Assembly: GCA_003599255.1 (NCBI GenBank)
Contig: QZJF01000017.1
Location: 35,940-99,939, forward strand
Reading direction: 5' to 3'
DNA from: a candidate division WWE3 bacterium
GTDB lineage: Bacteria > Patescibacteriota > WWE3 > UBA101185 > UBA10185
DNA: 64,000 nt
Of the stretch, positions 1-9,395 are shown in pieces (the stretch's first letter is position 1; each line of letters begins with the position of its first letter). The notes under the pieces are model-generated. The model was given only the letters and a program-made list of their open reading frames with translations. It was not told the DNA's origin and did not search any database. Made by a program: the position numbers and the translations under genes.

Positions 1-1
1 G

Positions 2-244
2 GAGGCGGAAGCACAACTAGCTAAGGAAAGGAAAGAGAGAGAAGAAGCATTGTCACAGTTTCTTGATGGAGTAATGGACGGAAACGACACCACAACCGGG
101 CGTCGGGTACATGAAGCTGCCCTGAAGTTAGTTGAGGGCATGAAAGTTAATAAAAAAACACAGGAACATCTGGATGAGTTGGAAAAAAATGCTGATGTGG
201 CAGGAGATAAAGCTTATTGGACAGAATTCTTAACGCGGATATAA
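2..244 (+). CDS. Hypothetical protein, 3' part only (runs off the window start)
   Basis: The frame of ORF 50..244 is open back to base 2 (EAEAQLAKERKEREEALSQF...). Charged, helical-looking sequence. Confidence 0.6.
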   Translation, partial: EAEAQLAKERKEREEALSQFLDGVMDGNDTTTGRRVHEAALKLVEGMKVNKKTQEHLDELEKNADVAGDKAYWTEFLTRI

Positions 245-266
245 TATGACGGCTACCCTTTAATGT

Positions 267-1211
267 ATGAAACAAAAAATCCTTATTTTCGGGAACGGTC
301 AAATAGGCGCATTCTACAAAAGTCATTTCGACAAGATTGGGGTAAAGGCGGAAATCGCAAATGCCGATATCACTGATCTGGAATCAGTAGAAAGAGAAAT
401 ATCATCAATAAACCCGGACGTAGTAATAAATACAGCCGCTAAAACCAATTTGGAGTGGTGCGCTAACAACAAGCTTGAGACTTTCAACACAAATGTCTTG
501 GGAGCGGATAATATTGCGCAGACCTGCGATAAACACGGAGTCTATTTTATTCATTTCTCCAGCGGGTGTATTTTTGAAAGCAAGGATTTCAACGATGCTA
601 AGAAGGAAACTAGTATCCCCGCCCCTGCCGCATATTATTCCTGGACTAAGGTATGGTCCGAACAACTTGTGCAATTCAACAAGTCGAGAGATTTCAAGTA
701 TATTATCCTTCGGCCCAGACAACCGATATCTTCTCAATTCAATTACAAAAACACACTGGTTAAACTTCTTACATTTACAAAGTTTATTGACACTCCAAAT
801 ACGGTTACTGTCCTGGAAGACCTGATGGAATGGACAACAAAGATAATTGAGACAAAACCCGTGGGTGTTCTGAACGTGGCAAACGAAGGATGGACTACAC
901 CCTATAAAGAGGCGTTGCTACTAAAAAAATATATTTTGCCCGGGTTACCTATAGAAAAAATCACAAAATCCGAATTAAACAAACTTACCCCGAATAAACG
1001 TGTTGACACTATTCTCGATGTCACTAAATTGAAGAGACTTGTAGGAAAAGTTGATTCAATTGACCAAAAACTTGAAAAAATAATCATAGAGCTTGGAAAT
1101 AACCTTAAAGCAATGTCAAAGGAAGATATCAGTCTTCAGCTCGAAAAAACTATCCAACAGTCAAAAACCAGAACCGTAGTAAACGATCAGTGGCCTTCTC
1201 TGTATAATTAA
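267..1211 (+). CDS. RmlD-like NAD(P)-dependent sugar-nucleotide reductase/epimerase (extended SDR)
   Basis: N-terminal ILIFGNGQIG Rossmann motif, PDVVINTAA, NVLG, SSGCIF and YSWTK (YxxxK). Confidence 0.85.
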   Translation: MKQKILIFGNGQIGAFYKSHFDKIGVKAEIANADITDLESVEREISSINPDVVINTAAKTNLEWCANNKLETFNTNVLGADNIAQTCDKHGVYFIHFSSGCIFESKDFNDAKKETSIPAPAAYYSWTKVWSEQLVQFNKSRDFKYIILRPRQPISSQFNYKNTLVKLLTFTKFIDTPNTVTVLEDLMEWTTKIIETKPVGVLNVANEGWTTPYKEALLLKKYILPGLPIEKITKSELNKLTPNKRVDTILDVTKLKRLVGKVDSIDQKLEKIIIELGNNLKAMSKEDISLQLEKTIQQSKTRTVVNDQWPSLYN

Positions 1212-1214
1212 CAT

Positions 1215-2300
1215 ATGAAATTTGTAATCATGTGCGGCGGCCAAGGCACCAAATTGTGGCCGGTTAGCCGTGATAATTATCCGAAACAATTTATAAACAT
1301 TAAAGGGGACAAGTCGCTGTTCCAGGAAAACGTGGAGCAGCTTCTTGAAAAATATAAACCCGAAGATATCTACGTATCAACATCTGATAAATATATTAAA
1401 TATGTAACGCGTCAGGCACCAATGATCCCAAAAGAAAATCTCCTTGTTGAGCCTCACATTAAAAAAGCAACCGGTCCTGCCGCAACTTTTTCAATGATAC
1501 ATATGATGAATAAACATCCGGACGAGGTTGTAATGTTTTATGTACAGCCGGTGATTATCAGAGAACCTACTGAAAAATATCTGGAAATGATAGAAGGCAT
1601 AGAAAAGATTGTGAAAAAACATAATAAACTCGTAACAGGTGGTAAATTCCCGAAATACCCGGAAATAGGAAGCGACTACCTGGAATTAGGAGAGAAAGTA
1701 GATACTGAAACAAACCTCGAAGTTTATCAGTCCATCAGGTTCGTCGAGAGACCGAAGACGATAAAAGAATGTGAAGAGCTTCTGAAGGAACACAAACTTT
1801 CTTTACATTGCAACCACTTAACTTGGACTCCGAAAAAATACTTTGAAGCATTAAAACTGTACCGTCCGGACTGGTACGAAGTTAGTCAGGAACTAAGTGA
1901 GGCGATAAAAACCAACGCCGATGCAAAAAAAATACTTGAGATTTATAGTAAATTCGAACCGGGAAATGTGGAGCTCTTTACAAACAATTTATACAACAAG
2001 GGGGAGGTGCAGGTTGTAATCCTCCCGTTCGAATGGACGCATATCACCACCTGGAACGATATTTACGAATATTATAATAGAGCCGGTATCGAATCTAAAC
2101 AGGGACTCGTAAGAACTCTGGGTACAAAAAACAATTTAGTATTGAACAAAACAAATTCGTTGATCGGGCTTATTGACGTTGAAGATTTGATAGTTATACA
2201 AACAGAGGAGTCGCTTCTAATATGCCCGAAAAACAGCTCCGGAAAGTTACGGGAACTGCTTAAACAAATTGAGGATGATGGGTTGATTCAGTATTTATAA
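1215..2300 (+). CDS. manC: Mannose-1-phosphate guanylyltransferase family protein
   Basis: VIMCGGQGTKLWPVSRDNYPKQF signature, FVERP, and C-terminal IGLIDVEDLIVIQTEESLLIC beta-helix. Confidence 0.85.
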   Translation: MKFVIMCGGQGTKLWPVSRDNYPKQFINIKGDKSLFQENVEQLLEKYKPEDIYVSTSDKYIKYVTRQAPMIPKENLLVEPHIKKATGPAATFSMIHMMNKHPDEVVMFYVQPVIIREPTEKYLEMIEGIEKIVKKHNKLVTGGKFPKYPEIGSDYLELGEKVDTETNLEVYQSIRFVERPKTIKECEELLKEHKLSLHCNHLTWTPKKYFEALKLYRPDWYEVSQELSEAIKTNADAKKILEIYSKFEPGNVELFTNNLYNKGEVQVVILPFEWTHITTWNDIYEYYNRAGIESKQGLVRTLGTKNNLVLNKTNSLIGLIDVEDLIVIQTEESLLICPKNSSGKLRELLKQIEDDGLIQYL

Positions 2301-2397
2301 ATTTCCAAAATAATAAGACTTTGCTAACAATTTAAATTGTATTATTTTTCTGCGTCCGTATGTTTTTACCATATAACTCATGTGCAATAATGTAAAC

Positions 2398-2676
2398 ATG
2401 AATAATAACTTGCAAATCGGGAAATTATCGGACAAGTTACACGAGATGATACTACAGGACATGGATTTCGAAGATTCCGAGGTAAATAGATATTTGGATA
2501 ACCAGGCCCTAAACTTAATACTAACCACGCTCTCTCTACAACGCCGACTAGAGTTTTACCAACTGTTGGGAAACAACGATTTTAATTCTGCTAAAGTTCT
2601 TGTTTTGAACGATATTCCGGATTTTCATAAGAAATTACTGGTAAAAGTAGAAGACAAGTTTCAAAAAATCCTATGA
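2398..2676 (+). CDS. Small hypothetical protein
   Basis: ORF 2380..2676 with an uncertain start (2380 or 2398). Its stop overlaps the next start (ATGA), suggesting translational coupling. Confidence 0.6.
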   Translation: MNNNLQIGKLSDKLHEMILQDMDFEDSEVNRYLDNQALNLILTTLSLQRRLEFYQLLGNNDFNSAKVLVLNDIPDFHKKLLVKVEDKFQKIL

Positions 2677-4229
2677 TAGAAGGTAATCCTATAGAAGAAA
2701 TGGCAGACCCCCAAGCAACATTAATGTTGGAACATATCAATGCAAAGCTTCCTGACGAAGAAGATGAGAAAGGCATTATTAGCGAAAGAGGAAGATTAAA
2801 CAAGGAAGGACGTACATTAGTAGATGACGTTTATAGCGAATTCTTTAAACGCACAAACGGAAATTATCGGGAGGTATTAAACATATGTAAAGAGGCGGAA
2901 TCTTTGCTTCATGTAGAGGACACAGACTCCAGGGATACTGAAATGCTAAAGGTCTTGCGAAGTGTAAGAGGAAAAATTGTTTACCACGCCCATAAAACGT
3001 GGGCTGAAAAAGAAATGTTTCTTGATAAGTTTGGGGATGAATCGGCGTCTAATATTATGAGTTACGCAAAGATACTCAAAAAAGATAAAAGTATTGATAT
3101 AGATATATACGAAGAAGCAACAAGAATTGAAAAAGAAAAACATCAGTTAGACGAGGCACTCAGTATAGAAAATCTAGGGCTAGAACAGCAAAACTTGAAG
3201 TTGATTGAAGAGGATATAAAAACAATTGCAACCGAAACTCCCGAAAACGAAAGGCAATCAATTCTGGAAGGGTTAAAGAGTAAATTAAAGGCATTTTCTG
3301 AAAGAATCATGGAACCGCACACAAGGAGAAAAATTGTGGCTGGAGCACTAGCAGCGGCTTCAATAACAAGTTTTGTCTTGGGATACATCTCTCACAACAA
3401 GAATGACATCAAGACAGGTACACAAACTCTTGCTAAAGCAGAAAATCAACCAAAGAACACACACGTTTATTATGACTCTTCTGAGCTACCGGATGATTTA
3501 TATGCAGAAGAATATTTGACAGGACCTGAAGAGATCCCCGAAGTAGATTTAAATTTTCAAGTCATCGAACAACAGACAAAATCCCCTCCTTTGGAGATTT
3601 ACCAAGAGAAAAATGAAAGTATCCAAATAAACGAAGTATCACAAGAGAACTATCCTCCCGTTTACGTAGCACAAACTTTCGATGGTCAGTGCGGACCCGC
3701 ATCTATTGCAATGTTATACAGTACTTTCGGACGAGAAAAATTTAATGTAAAAACAAAAATGCAGGACATTACAAGTGAATTTATTGAGAAAAAATATATT
3801 AATCCCGATAAAGCGGATATTATATCAACCGATAGTCAGATAATTGAATTTTTATCCAACGAAGGATTTCAGGCCACGACTTCCTACGAATTTTTATCCT
3901 TTGAAAATATCAGTAAATATTTTGAAGATCCCAAAAACAAGCCGGTAATAATAAACGTTAATTCTAATTATTTAAATGAAAATACTGACCATTGGGCATT
4001 ACTTATGGGTGTGACTGAAATAGACGGAAGAAAATATATCCGACTAATGGACCCGCTAAGATCCGAAAAAGGATTGGGGGCAGAAGAAGACATAGATGTT
4101 AGGATGATTGGGATGCCTGATGGGTCGTTTCTTTTTGACGCACGGGGATGGCCTGGTGTTACAAACGGTTTGGGAATATTTATCGAAAATCAAAGCGTTG
4201 CTTCAAAAGATTCCAAACTTATGCATTAA
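2673..4229 (+). CDS. Single-pass membrane protein with C-terminal C39-like (papain-fold) peptidase domain
   Basis: Charged N-terminal region, hydrophobic IVAGALAAASITSFVLGYI, then Q-x5-CGPASIAM, HWALL and MDP (Cys-His-Asp pattern of C39 peptidases). Confidence 0.7.
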   Translation: MIEGNPIEEMADPQATLMLEHINAKLPDEEDEKGIISERGRLNKEGRTLVDDVYSEFFKRTNGNYREVLNICKEAESLLHVEDTDSRDTEMLKVLRSVRGKIVYHAHKTWAEKEMFLDKFGDESASNIMSYAKILKKDKSIDIDIYEEATRIEKEKHQLDEALSIENLGLEQQNLKLIEEDIKTIATETPENERQSILEGLKSKLKAFSERIMEPHTRRKIVAGALAAASITSFVLGYISHNKNDIKTGTQTLAKAENQPKNTHVYYDSSELPDDLYAEEYLTGPEEIPEVDLNFQVIEQQTKSPPLEIYQEKNESIQINEVSQENYPPVYVAQTFDGQCGPASIAMLYSTFGREKFNVKTKMQDITSEFIEKKYINPDKADIISTDSQIIEFLSNEGFQATTSYEFLSFENISKYFEDPKNKPVIINVNSNYLNENTDHWALLMGVTEIDGRKYIRLMDPLRSEKGLGAEEDIDVRMIGMPDGSFLFDARGWPGVTNGLGIFIENQSVASKDSKLMH

Positions 4230-4241
4230 CACTTTTATACA

Positions 4242-4332
4242 TGGCGGAGGGAGGGGGATTCGAACCCCCGGGTGAGTTGCCCCACGCTTGGTTTTCGAGA
4301 CCAGCCCGTTATGACCGCTTCGGTATCCCTCC
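4242..4332 (-). tRNA. tRNA-Ser(CGA)
   Basis: Reverse complement GGAGGGA...CTGGT-CTCGAAA-ACCAA, long variable arm, GGTTCGAATCC, TCCCTCC-G-CCA. Confidence 0.97.
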
Positions 4333-4370
4333 AGGCAACGCTTATTTATTATACAAAGTAAAGGAAACAA

Positions 4371-4991
4371 TTACTTCTGCGATAAATCGAGAGGAGCATT
4401 ATTTAAAAATATCTCAGCCTTTCTGACTGCATTGAACTGTTTTACGGTGTACTGAATTTGCTGTTCAAACCGGGGTGAGTCGCAGGTACCTCCCAGCTTT
4501 AACTCTCCAACGAGGTGGAGTTTCGCTATTCCTTGCACTATTTCAACTTTCTCCAATTTCAAATCCGACTGGTACAGAGAATTGTATAGCCCGGACTTCC
4601 CTATAAATTGGTCCTTTTGGTTGAACAAAATTTCGAGTGCAGTTTTAATCTTTTCCGAATCTTCTTTGTTTTGTACGTAAGCAGATACAGTAATCGGCAC
4701 GACGCTATCCCCACAACCGATAACTTCTTTGGATTTTCTCTTATTTCCCGTATCTACGTAATAAATCAGAATATCGTTTCCGTCGGGCTGCGGGTTTTCC
4801 GGATCCGTAAAAGCATCATTAACGGGACCGCGTTCATTTTCTCCAAGAGTTACTTCCAGCTTTGGTTCCGTTAACGGAGCATATTCCTTGTTGTACCAAT
4901 AATAAAAAGCGGCTGTTATTAACGCCACAAGCATCAAAACAATAAAAAATGTCACTTTTGCCCTTTTTGTCCCGTTTTCCTGTGTGGCCAT
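4371..4991 (-). CDS. Membrane-anchored GerMN-domain protein
   Basis: N-terminal TM helix; GCGDSVVP...TALEILF...LYNSLYQS...GGTCDSPRFEQQIQYTVKQF resembles GerMN proteins. Start moved to ATG 4991, which follows a TATAAT. Confidence 0.7.
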   Translation of the reverse strand: MATQENGTKRAKVTFFIVLMLVALITAAFYYWYNKEYAPLTEPKLEVTLGENERGPVNDAFTDPENPQPDGNDILIYYVDTGNKRKSKEVIGCGDSVVPITVSAYVQNKEDSEKIKTALEILFNQKDQFIGKSGLYNSLYQSDLKLEKVEIVQGIAKLHLVGELKLGGTCDSPRFEQQIQYTVKQFNAVRKAEIFLNNAPLDLSQK

Positions 4992-5031
4992 AACTGCTTG
5001 ATTATACACCTTTGAACTTATAGTATAAAGC

Positions 5032-5412
5032 ATGTCTAAATTTAGAGAAAAAGTAATAGCTGCCGTAAGAGCAGTTCCGAGGGGACAGGTTGTTAGTTAC
5101 GGACAAGTCGCATTGATGATTGGCTCCCCGCGCGCCGCGCTGCAAGTGGGATATATCCTGCACGATTATGGCGACGACGGTGTTACACCGTGGTGGAGGG
5201 TAATAAACAGGGACGGGTACATAAGTACAAATTGTGAAGAACATACTGCTCTGATGCAAAAAGAGCTACTTGAAACTGAAGACATTGCTGTTTCAGACAA
5301 AATGCAGGTGGATATGAGTAAATTCAGGTACTTGCCTGGACCGGACGTACTAAAAAAACTGGAACTGGAGGATAAATATATTGAACTTCTATATAATAAG
5401 TTTTTGAAGTGA
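5032..5412 (+). CDS. Alkyltransferase-like protein (MGMT family, Atl/YbaZ type)
   Basis: VPRGQVVSYGQVA...PRAALQVG helix-turn-helix. PWWRVI replaces the catalytic PCHRV, so it is a non-catalytic ATL. Confidence 0.88.
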   Translation: MSKFREKVIAAVRAVPRGQVVSYGQVALMIGSPRAALQVGYILHDYGDDGVTPWWRVINRDGYISTNCEEHTALMQKELLETEDIAVSDKMQVDMSKFRYLPGPDVLKKLELEDKYIELLYNKFLK

Positions 5413-5418
5413 CACCGC

Positions 5419-6084
5419 CTAATCCTTGGTGTTTTCTCCGGAGCGAACTTCTTTAATGAAATAACTGAAAACCGTAAACGCAAAAAACAGAACTGTAAGG
5501 ATTTTTGCGACAAAGTTCACGGATAAATTTCCTCTGATTAGCGAATTTACGATACTAATACCGCTGATCACAAAAGTTACAAAGGCAACTGTCAGGGTTG
5601 CGTAAACAAGAGTAGCCCGCGTTTTTACTGTTTTTATCCAGGTGTTTTCCTTGGCCAGTTTTTCAACCTTGTTGAACAAGAACAGAAAAAGAGGCATGGT
5701 AACAATTAGAGCAGAGAGTGGCCCTTCTATTCCATAGATGCCGCCGGTCGAATTAAAAGATCCAGAATATCGACTTCTAATAGGCAGATAATAGTTGATC
5801 ACTTTAAAGATTATGTCCACCATAGAGTAAATGGAAATGTACATAGAAATAAACATTAGTACATTTAGAAACATGTCCCATTTGCTTTCGTGTGTTTCTT
5901 TATCAAAGATATTTATGTTGTCGTATGGAGGTAATGGCGTATCCTGCGCTAAATCCGATTTGAGAGCAAATTCAATGTCCTGCGATTTCCATCCGGCTTT
6001 TTGAAGCTCTTGTCTGATTTCATCATCTGAAATCTTCTTTACTCTGCGCGTACTAATAAAACTTAAGAGCTCGCGTGTGATCAC
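5419..6084 (-). CDS. Four-TM membrane protein (DUF5671-like)
   Basis: IRQELQKAGWKSQDIEFAL N-terminal motif followed by four hydrophobic helices. Likely start is GTG 6084, 6 nt after TATAAT; the longer track ORF merely runs through the repeat and tRNA. Confidence 0.7.
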   Translation of the reverse strand: MITRELLSFISTRRVKKISDDEIRQELQKAGWKSQDIEFALKSDLAQDTPLPPYDNINIFDKETHESKWDMFLNVLMFISMYISIYSMVDIIFKVINYYLPIRSRYSGSFNSTGGIYGIEGPLSALIVTMPLFLFLFNKVEKLAKENTWIKTVKTRATLVYATLTVAFVTFVISGISIVNSLIRGNLSVNFVAKILTVLFFAFTVFSYFIKEVRSGENTKD

Positions 6085-6118
6085 GTTTAAATTATATACC
6101 ACAAACGTCTGGTTTGTC

Positions 6119-6212
6119 GCTTGGTCCGGTCCTGGTGGACCGTAGACGTGCTGCTTGGTCCGGTCCTGGTGGACCGTAGACGTGCTGCTTGGTCCGGTCC
6201 TGGTGGACCGTA
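6119..6212 (-). repeat. 34-bp tandem repeat (2 full + 1 partial copy) containing the 3' end of tRNA-Ala
   Basis: Plus-strand unit GCTTGGTCCGGTCCTGGTGGACCGTAGACGTGCT at 6119-6152 and 6153-6186. The 26-nt partial copy at 6187-6212 overlaps the last 12 nt of the tRNA. Confidence 0.95.
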
Positions 6213-6276
6213 CCGGAGTCGAACCGGTGACCTCTGCAATGCGAATGCAGCGCTCTACCAACTGAGCTAACGGCCC
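6201..6276 (-). tRNA. tRNA-Ala(CGC)
   Basis: GGGCCGTTAGCTCAGTTGGTAGAGCG-CTGCA-TTCGCAT-TGCAG...GGTTCGACTCC...ACGGTCC-A-CCA, with canonical G3·U70 and A73. Confidence 0.97.
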
Positions 6277-6322
6277 ATAACGTATTTAATTCTATCAACT
6301 ATCCCCGGCAATACAATTAAAC

Positions 6323-6367
6323 AAAATGGCTTGTAAGGCGAATAAAACCTGTACAAGCCATCTTTTT
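6323..6367. terminator. Intrinsic terminator-like hairpin
   Basis: ATGGCTTGTA...TACAAGCCAT inverted repeat flanked by A and T runs, downstream of CDS 6382..6786. Confidence 0.6.
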
Positions 6368-6381
6368 GATACCAGACGGTT

Positions 6382-6786
6382 CTAACCACTTAAAGCGGCC
6401 ATGGCGGCATCAATTTGCCTCTGCCTATCAGCTGCTTTTGTGTAGTCTGCTTCAGAAACCAACTCGAGAGCTGCTTTCAACTCCTCCGGTGTGAATTGCC
6501 CTTTGAAGGAAATGGCTGCGCGGGTTTCGTCAATTTTCTGAAAATCAACCTCCATGACGTGATTGCCATTCCCGGTGTCAATCATTATGGTCACTTTCTC
6601 ATAAGTCGCCTCTACCGCCGGAGACACTATAAACCTCAAATAGTACCTACATGTGTTGGAGTCCCCGACAAGATCGGTAAGCAGCGCACTGGTGTGTCCG
6701 GCATCTGCCAATAAAGTCGGTATTCTTTCCTCCAACAGAGAAAGGGCCTTGTCAAACCCAATCTTATGATCGAGTGGAATACTCAT
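6382..6786 (-). CDS. Hypothetical protein
   Basis: 134-aa ORF between two tRNAs, with an AAAGGA SD upstream and a terminator downstream. Confidence 0.7.
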   Translation of the reverse strand: MSIPLDHKIGFDKALSLLEERIPTLLADAGHTSALLTDLVGDSNTCRYYLRFIVSPAVEATYEKVTIMIDTGNGNHVMEVDFQKIDETRAAISFKGQFTPEELKAALELVSEADYTKAADRQRQIDAAMAALSG

Positions 6787-6875
6787 GATCTCTATCCTTT
6801 CGTATTTAGGGATTTGATTGTCTCAATATGGGAATTTTATAGGAACGCTAGCTTTATTGCAAGCTATAGGTCCTA

Positions 6876-6951
6876 TGGTGCACCCGGAGGGACTCGAACC
6901 CCCGACTTCAGCGTCCGCAACGCTGCGTTCTATCCTCTGAACTACGGGTGC
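6876..6951 (-). tRNA. tRNA-Arg(GCG)
   Basis: GCACCCGTAGTTCAGAGGATAGAACG-CAGCG-TTGCGGA-CGCTG...GGTTCGAGTCC...CGGGTGC-A-CCA. Confidence 0.95.
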
Positions 6952-6998
6952 ATAAACAAAGAGTATGTCGTCATCAGCAAAAAAGCAAATACTACCTT

Positions 6999-8618
6999 CT
7001 ACAGCTTTCGGACTTCATATTCTACTACTACTTCGTCGCTGGTATATTTTATGTAGGGTTCATTAAGTCTTTTTAATTCGTATCCGTTCTCATTTACATA
7101 TTCTTCAAACAGTGCAAAAGACCAACCCAACCCGCAAAAAACAAGTTTTCCGGATTCACCGATAATATCAGATAGCATTGAAAGCTGCCCTAGATACTCA
7201 ATCTTATAAGGTTTTTTCCATGCATTAAATGTGTATGCATCTCCATAAACGCTTGTGTAATGATCCGAATAATAATAATTTGAGTAACTGTTACCCAAGT
7301 ATAGACCGGCATCAGGGACGCTGCACATATATCCAAACAGTTTGAGACCTTGTGAAGAACTTAAAATTTTGTGTTGCTCTCTACGATTGACTGAGTATTT
7401 CTTAAAGACATCAAAATAGTTATACAGATTTAGAGAAATATAAAAAATCAGAAACACACCCAAGACTAATTTTACCCTGGCTGATGCTAATATAGCCCTG
7501 CTCAACTTACCGTTAAACATATAACTACTTATCAAACTAAAAAAGGCTAGTCCAAACGGTATAGTCAAAAAAACTGTGGGCAAAAAATACCGCAGTGTGT
7601 GGTTTTTAAAAAAAATAATTAACTGCAACGAAATTATCACTAAGCAGATGAGAATTAATCTATAACGAGAGTTTCTTGAAAAATTCTTTGGAACTCTCCC
7701 CGACAGTCTAAAATAAATTAGGAATATTGGAAACATTAAAACAAGGAAAAACATTACCGGTTCCGCGATCAAAAGTGTCGTGACCCCATTCAAAGCGATA
7801 TGGGGTTCCCATAAACCAAAACTGCCACTTCCGTAAGCTTGGGTACTTAAAATATTAACTGCGACAAATTCCAGGCTTCTATGAAATTGGGGCAGGATCG
7901 GAACAATAAAAATTGTAAAAACCAGGAAAGTTACAATTAAATACTTAATCTTTTCTTTCCTGCCATTTAGTACAACAAGAGGCAGTAGTATCAATGGAAG
8001 AAATGTGTATTTTAGCGCTAGACCCAAACCCGACAGTATCGAGAATTTTAAATAAAGCATAGGATCTTTCTTGTCGTGAGATCCTCCGAAAATGCTGATG
8101 ACTACAAACGTTATCAACAGCTGAGTTACAAACACTAGTGGGGTTTCCGGACGAAACCTCGCCAGGCTTTCGTATACAGTCAAACTTGAAAAGAACGGGC
8201 CGGCCTGGACCAAAAGTGCCAACCAAAGTGATTCGGTACTTCTATAGACCATTAATCCCGAGACAAAAAACACCAAAAACGTCAACGCTATGAGCGCCCA
8301 CACTATAGCGGTAATGTAAAATTCCGGGTTTTCAAATATCTTGTTTATAAGAACTGAATCTGAATCAAATGGGTGCAAGAACCTGATAACAATTCCTCCA
8401 AACAACTGGAGAGGCGTTCCGGGGTGGTCGGTATGACCGATAAGGTCAAATCTCAAAATCGCCACGTTTAAACTGCTGACCAAATATACATAGGCGGGAT
8501 CCGCACTAAAAGAATAGAAAAACGGACCCCGTTCCCTTACAAGGAGCAAGGAAACCACGACCAGCAAACAAGGAACAATTGCTAATATTAGTAAATTTCG
8601 TTTGATCGGGAATCTCAC
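6999..8618 (-). CDS. Polytopic membrane protein, probable GT-C fold glycosyltransferase (ArnT/PMT-like)
   Basis: About 11-13 TM helices; DPAYVY after TM1, DHPGTP, RPE and GLGLALKY motifs; soluble C-terminus. Confidence 0.65.
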   Translation of the reverse strand: MRFPIKRNLLILAIVPCLLVVVSLLLVRERGPFFYSFSADPAYVYLVSSLNVAILRFDLIGHTDHPGTPLQLFGGIVIRFLHPFDSDSVLINKIFENPEFYITAIVWALIALTFLVFFVSGLMVYRSTESLWLALLVQAGPFFSSLTVYESLARFRPETPLVFVTQLLITFVVISIFGGSHDKKDPMLYLKFSILSGLGLALKYTFLPLILLPLVVLNGRKEKIKYLIVTFLVFTIFIVPILPQFHRSLEFVAVNILSTQAYGSGSFGLWEPHIALNGVTTLLIAEPVMFFLVLMFPIFLIYFRLSGRVPKNFSRNSRYRLILICLVIISLQLIIFFKNHTLRYFLPTVFLTIPFGLAFFSLISSYMFNGKLSRAILASARVKLVLGVFLIFYISLNLYNYFDVFKKYSVNRREQHKILSSSQGLKLFGYMCSVPDAGLYLGNSYSNYYYSDHYTSVYGDAYTFNAWKKPYKIEYLGQLSMLSDIIGESGKLVFCGLGWSFALFEEYVNENGYELKRLNEPYIKYTSDEVVVEYEVRKL

Positions 8619-8619
8619 A

Positions 8620-9213
8620 CTAAATGTTGAATTTGTCTAAGACGGACTTATAAGTCTTATCCAGAAACGATTCCGGAGGGACCTGCAGGAAATGGATCTT
8701 ACTGAGGAGAATGCTCTTTAACTTTTCAACATCGACCCCCGAAGTAGTGATATATAATCTGGACGTCACTGCAGAGGCCATTTCAATTACAAAAGCATCG
8801 TGACCTTCTTCCTGTGAAAAGAAAAACCTGCGCATTTCCTGCCAATAAAACTGTTGATTATCAATCATCAGTCCATGAGAACTTACTTCGTAAGACACGT
8901 TATCCGGAGGTGTCTCGGACAAAACATGTGTTACGAAGATCAAACTGGCGATCACGAGAATCAGGAAAAATTCCTGCAGTATTACAAGTATAAGAGCGAT
9001 AACAATTCCGATAATCATAAACGTACGGTTCAGACTGCTATTGAAACCGGTTTTTACGGGTCTTGAAGGGGCACTCCATGTCAAGAAAACTTCTTTGGGG
9101 GCAAGCTCCTCGACCTTGACCACATCCGGGAGATTTCTTTCCGCTTCGTCTGTCCCGGGCTCCCTTGTTTTCGTAATACCCAGCAAATCGGTAACTTGAT
9201 TGAGTTTTAACAT
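8620..9213 (-). CDS. Conserved two-TM membrane protein with PH-like C-terminus (DUF5673-like)
   Basis: LTWSAPSRP, hydrophobic hairpin, YEVSSHGLMIDNQQFYW. Start set at ATG 9213 because the longer ORF overlaps tRNA-Ser. Confidence 0.7.
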   Translation of the reverse strand: MLKLNQVTDLLGITKTREPGTDEAERNLPDVVKVEELAPKEVFLTWSAPSRPVKTGFNSSLNRTFMIIGIVIALILVILQEFFLILVIASLIFVTHVLSETPPDNVSYEVSSHGLMIDNQQFYWQEMRRFFFSQEEGHDAFVIEMASAVTSRLYITTSGVDVEKLKSILLSKIHFLQVPPESFLDKTYKSVLDKFNI

Positions 9214-9270
9214 ACTGTAATTATTATCAATTATATTTGTGAAAATGGCAATCGGAGATGCCCTGAATCC

Positions 9271-9358
9271 TGGCGGAGGGTACAGGATTCGAACCTGTGG
9301 ACGGCAATTAACCGTCACGGCTTAGCAAGCCGCTGCATTACCGCTCTGCCAACCCTCC
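9271..9358 (-). tRNA. tRNA-Ser(GCT)
   Basis: GGAGGGTTGGCAGAGCGGTAATGCA-GCGGC-TTGCTAA-GCCGT, long variable arm, GGTTCGAATCC, ACCCTCC-G-CCA. Confidence 0.97.
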
Positions 9359-9395
9359 GTACAGTTTTACATTATAGAACAAATAATATACTAGT

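Noticed and set aside
4148-4426. 92-aa ORF (and the similar 6766..7056)
   Set aside because: Antisense translations across tRNA genes.
6119-6212. CRISPR array
   Set aside because: The units are identical head-to-tail copies with no unique spacers, they include a tRNA end, and no cas genes are present.
6085-6261. N-terminal extension of ORF 5419..6261
   Set aside because: It runs through the tandem repeat and tRNA-Ala; a GTG start after TATAAT at 6084 is more plausible.
6955-6990. Second hammerhead (CTGATGA on the minus strand at 6977-6971)
   Set aside because: No stem II, GAAA or stem III follows; the segment looks like the tRNA-Arg promoter.
9253-9260. Match of the tRNA-Ser(GCT) trailer (CATCTCCG) to the tmRNA 3' end as an att scar
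   Set aside because: Only 8 nt; not significant in 64 kb.
9214-9318. N-terminal extension of ORF 8620..9318
   Set aside because: It overlaps tRNA-Ser(GCT).
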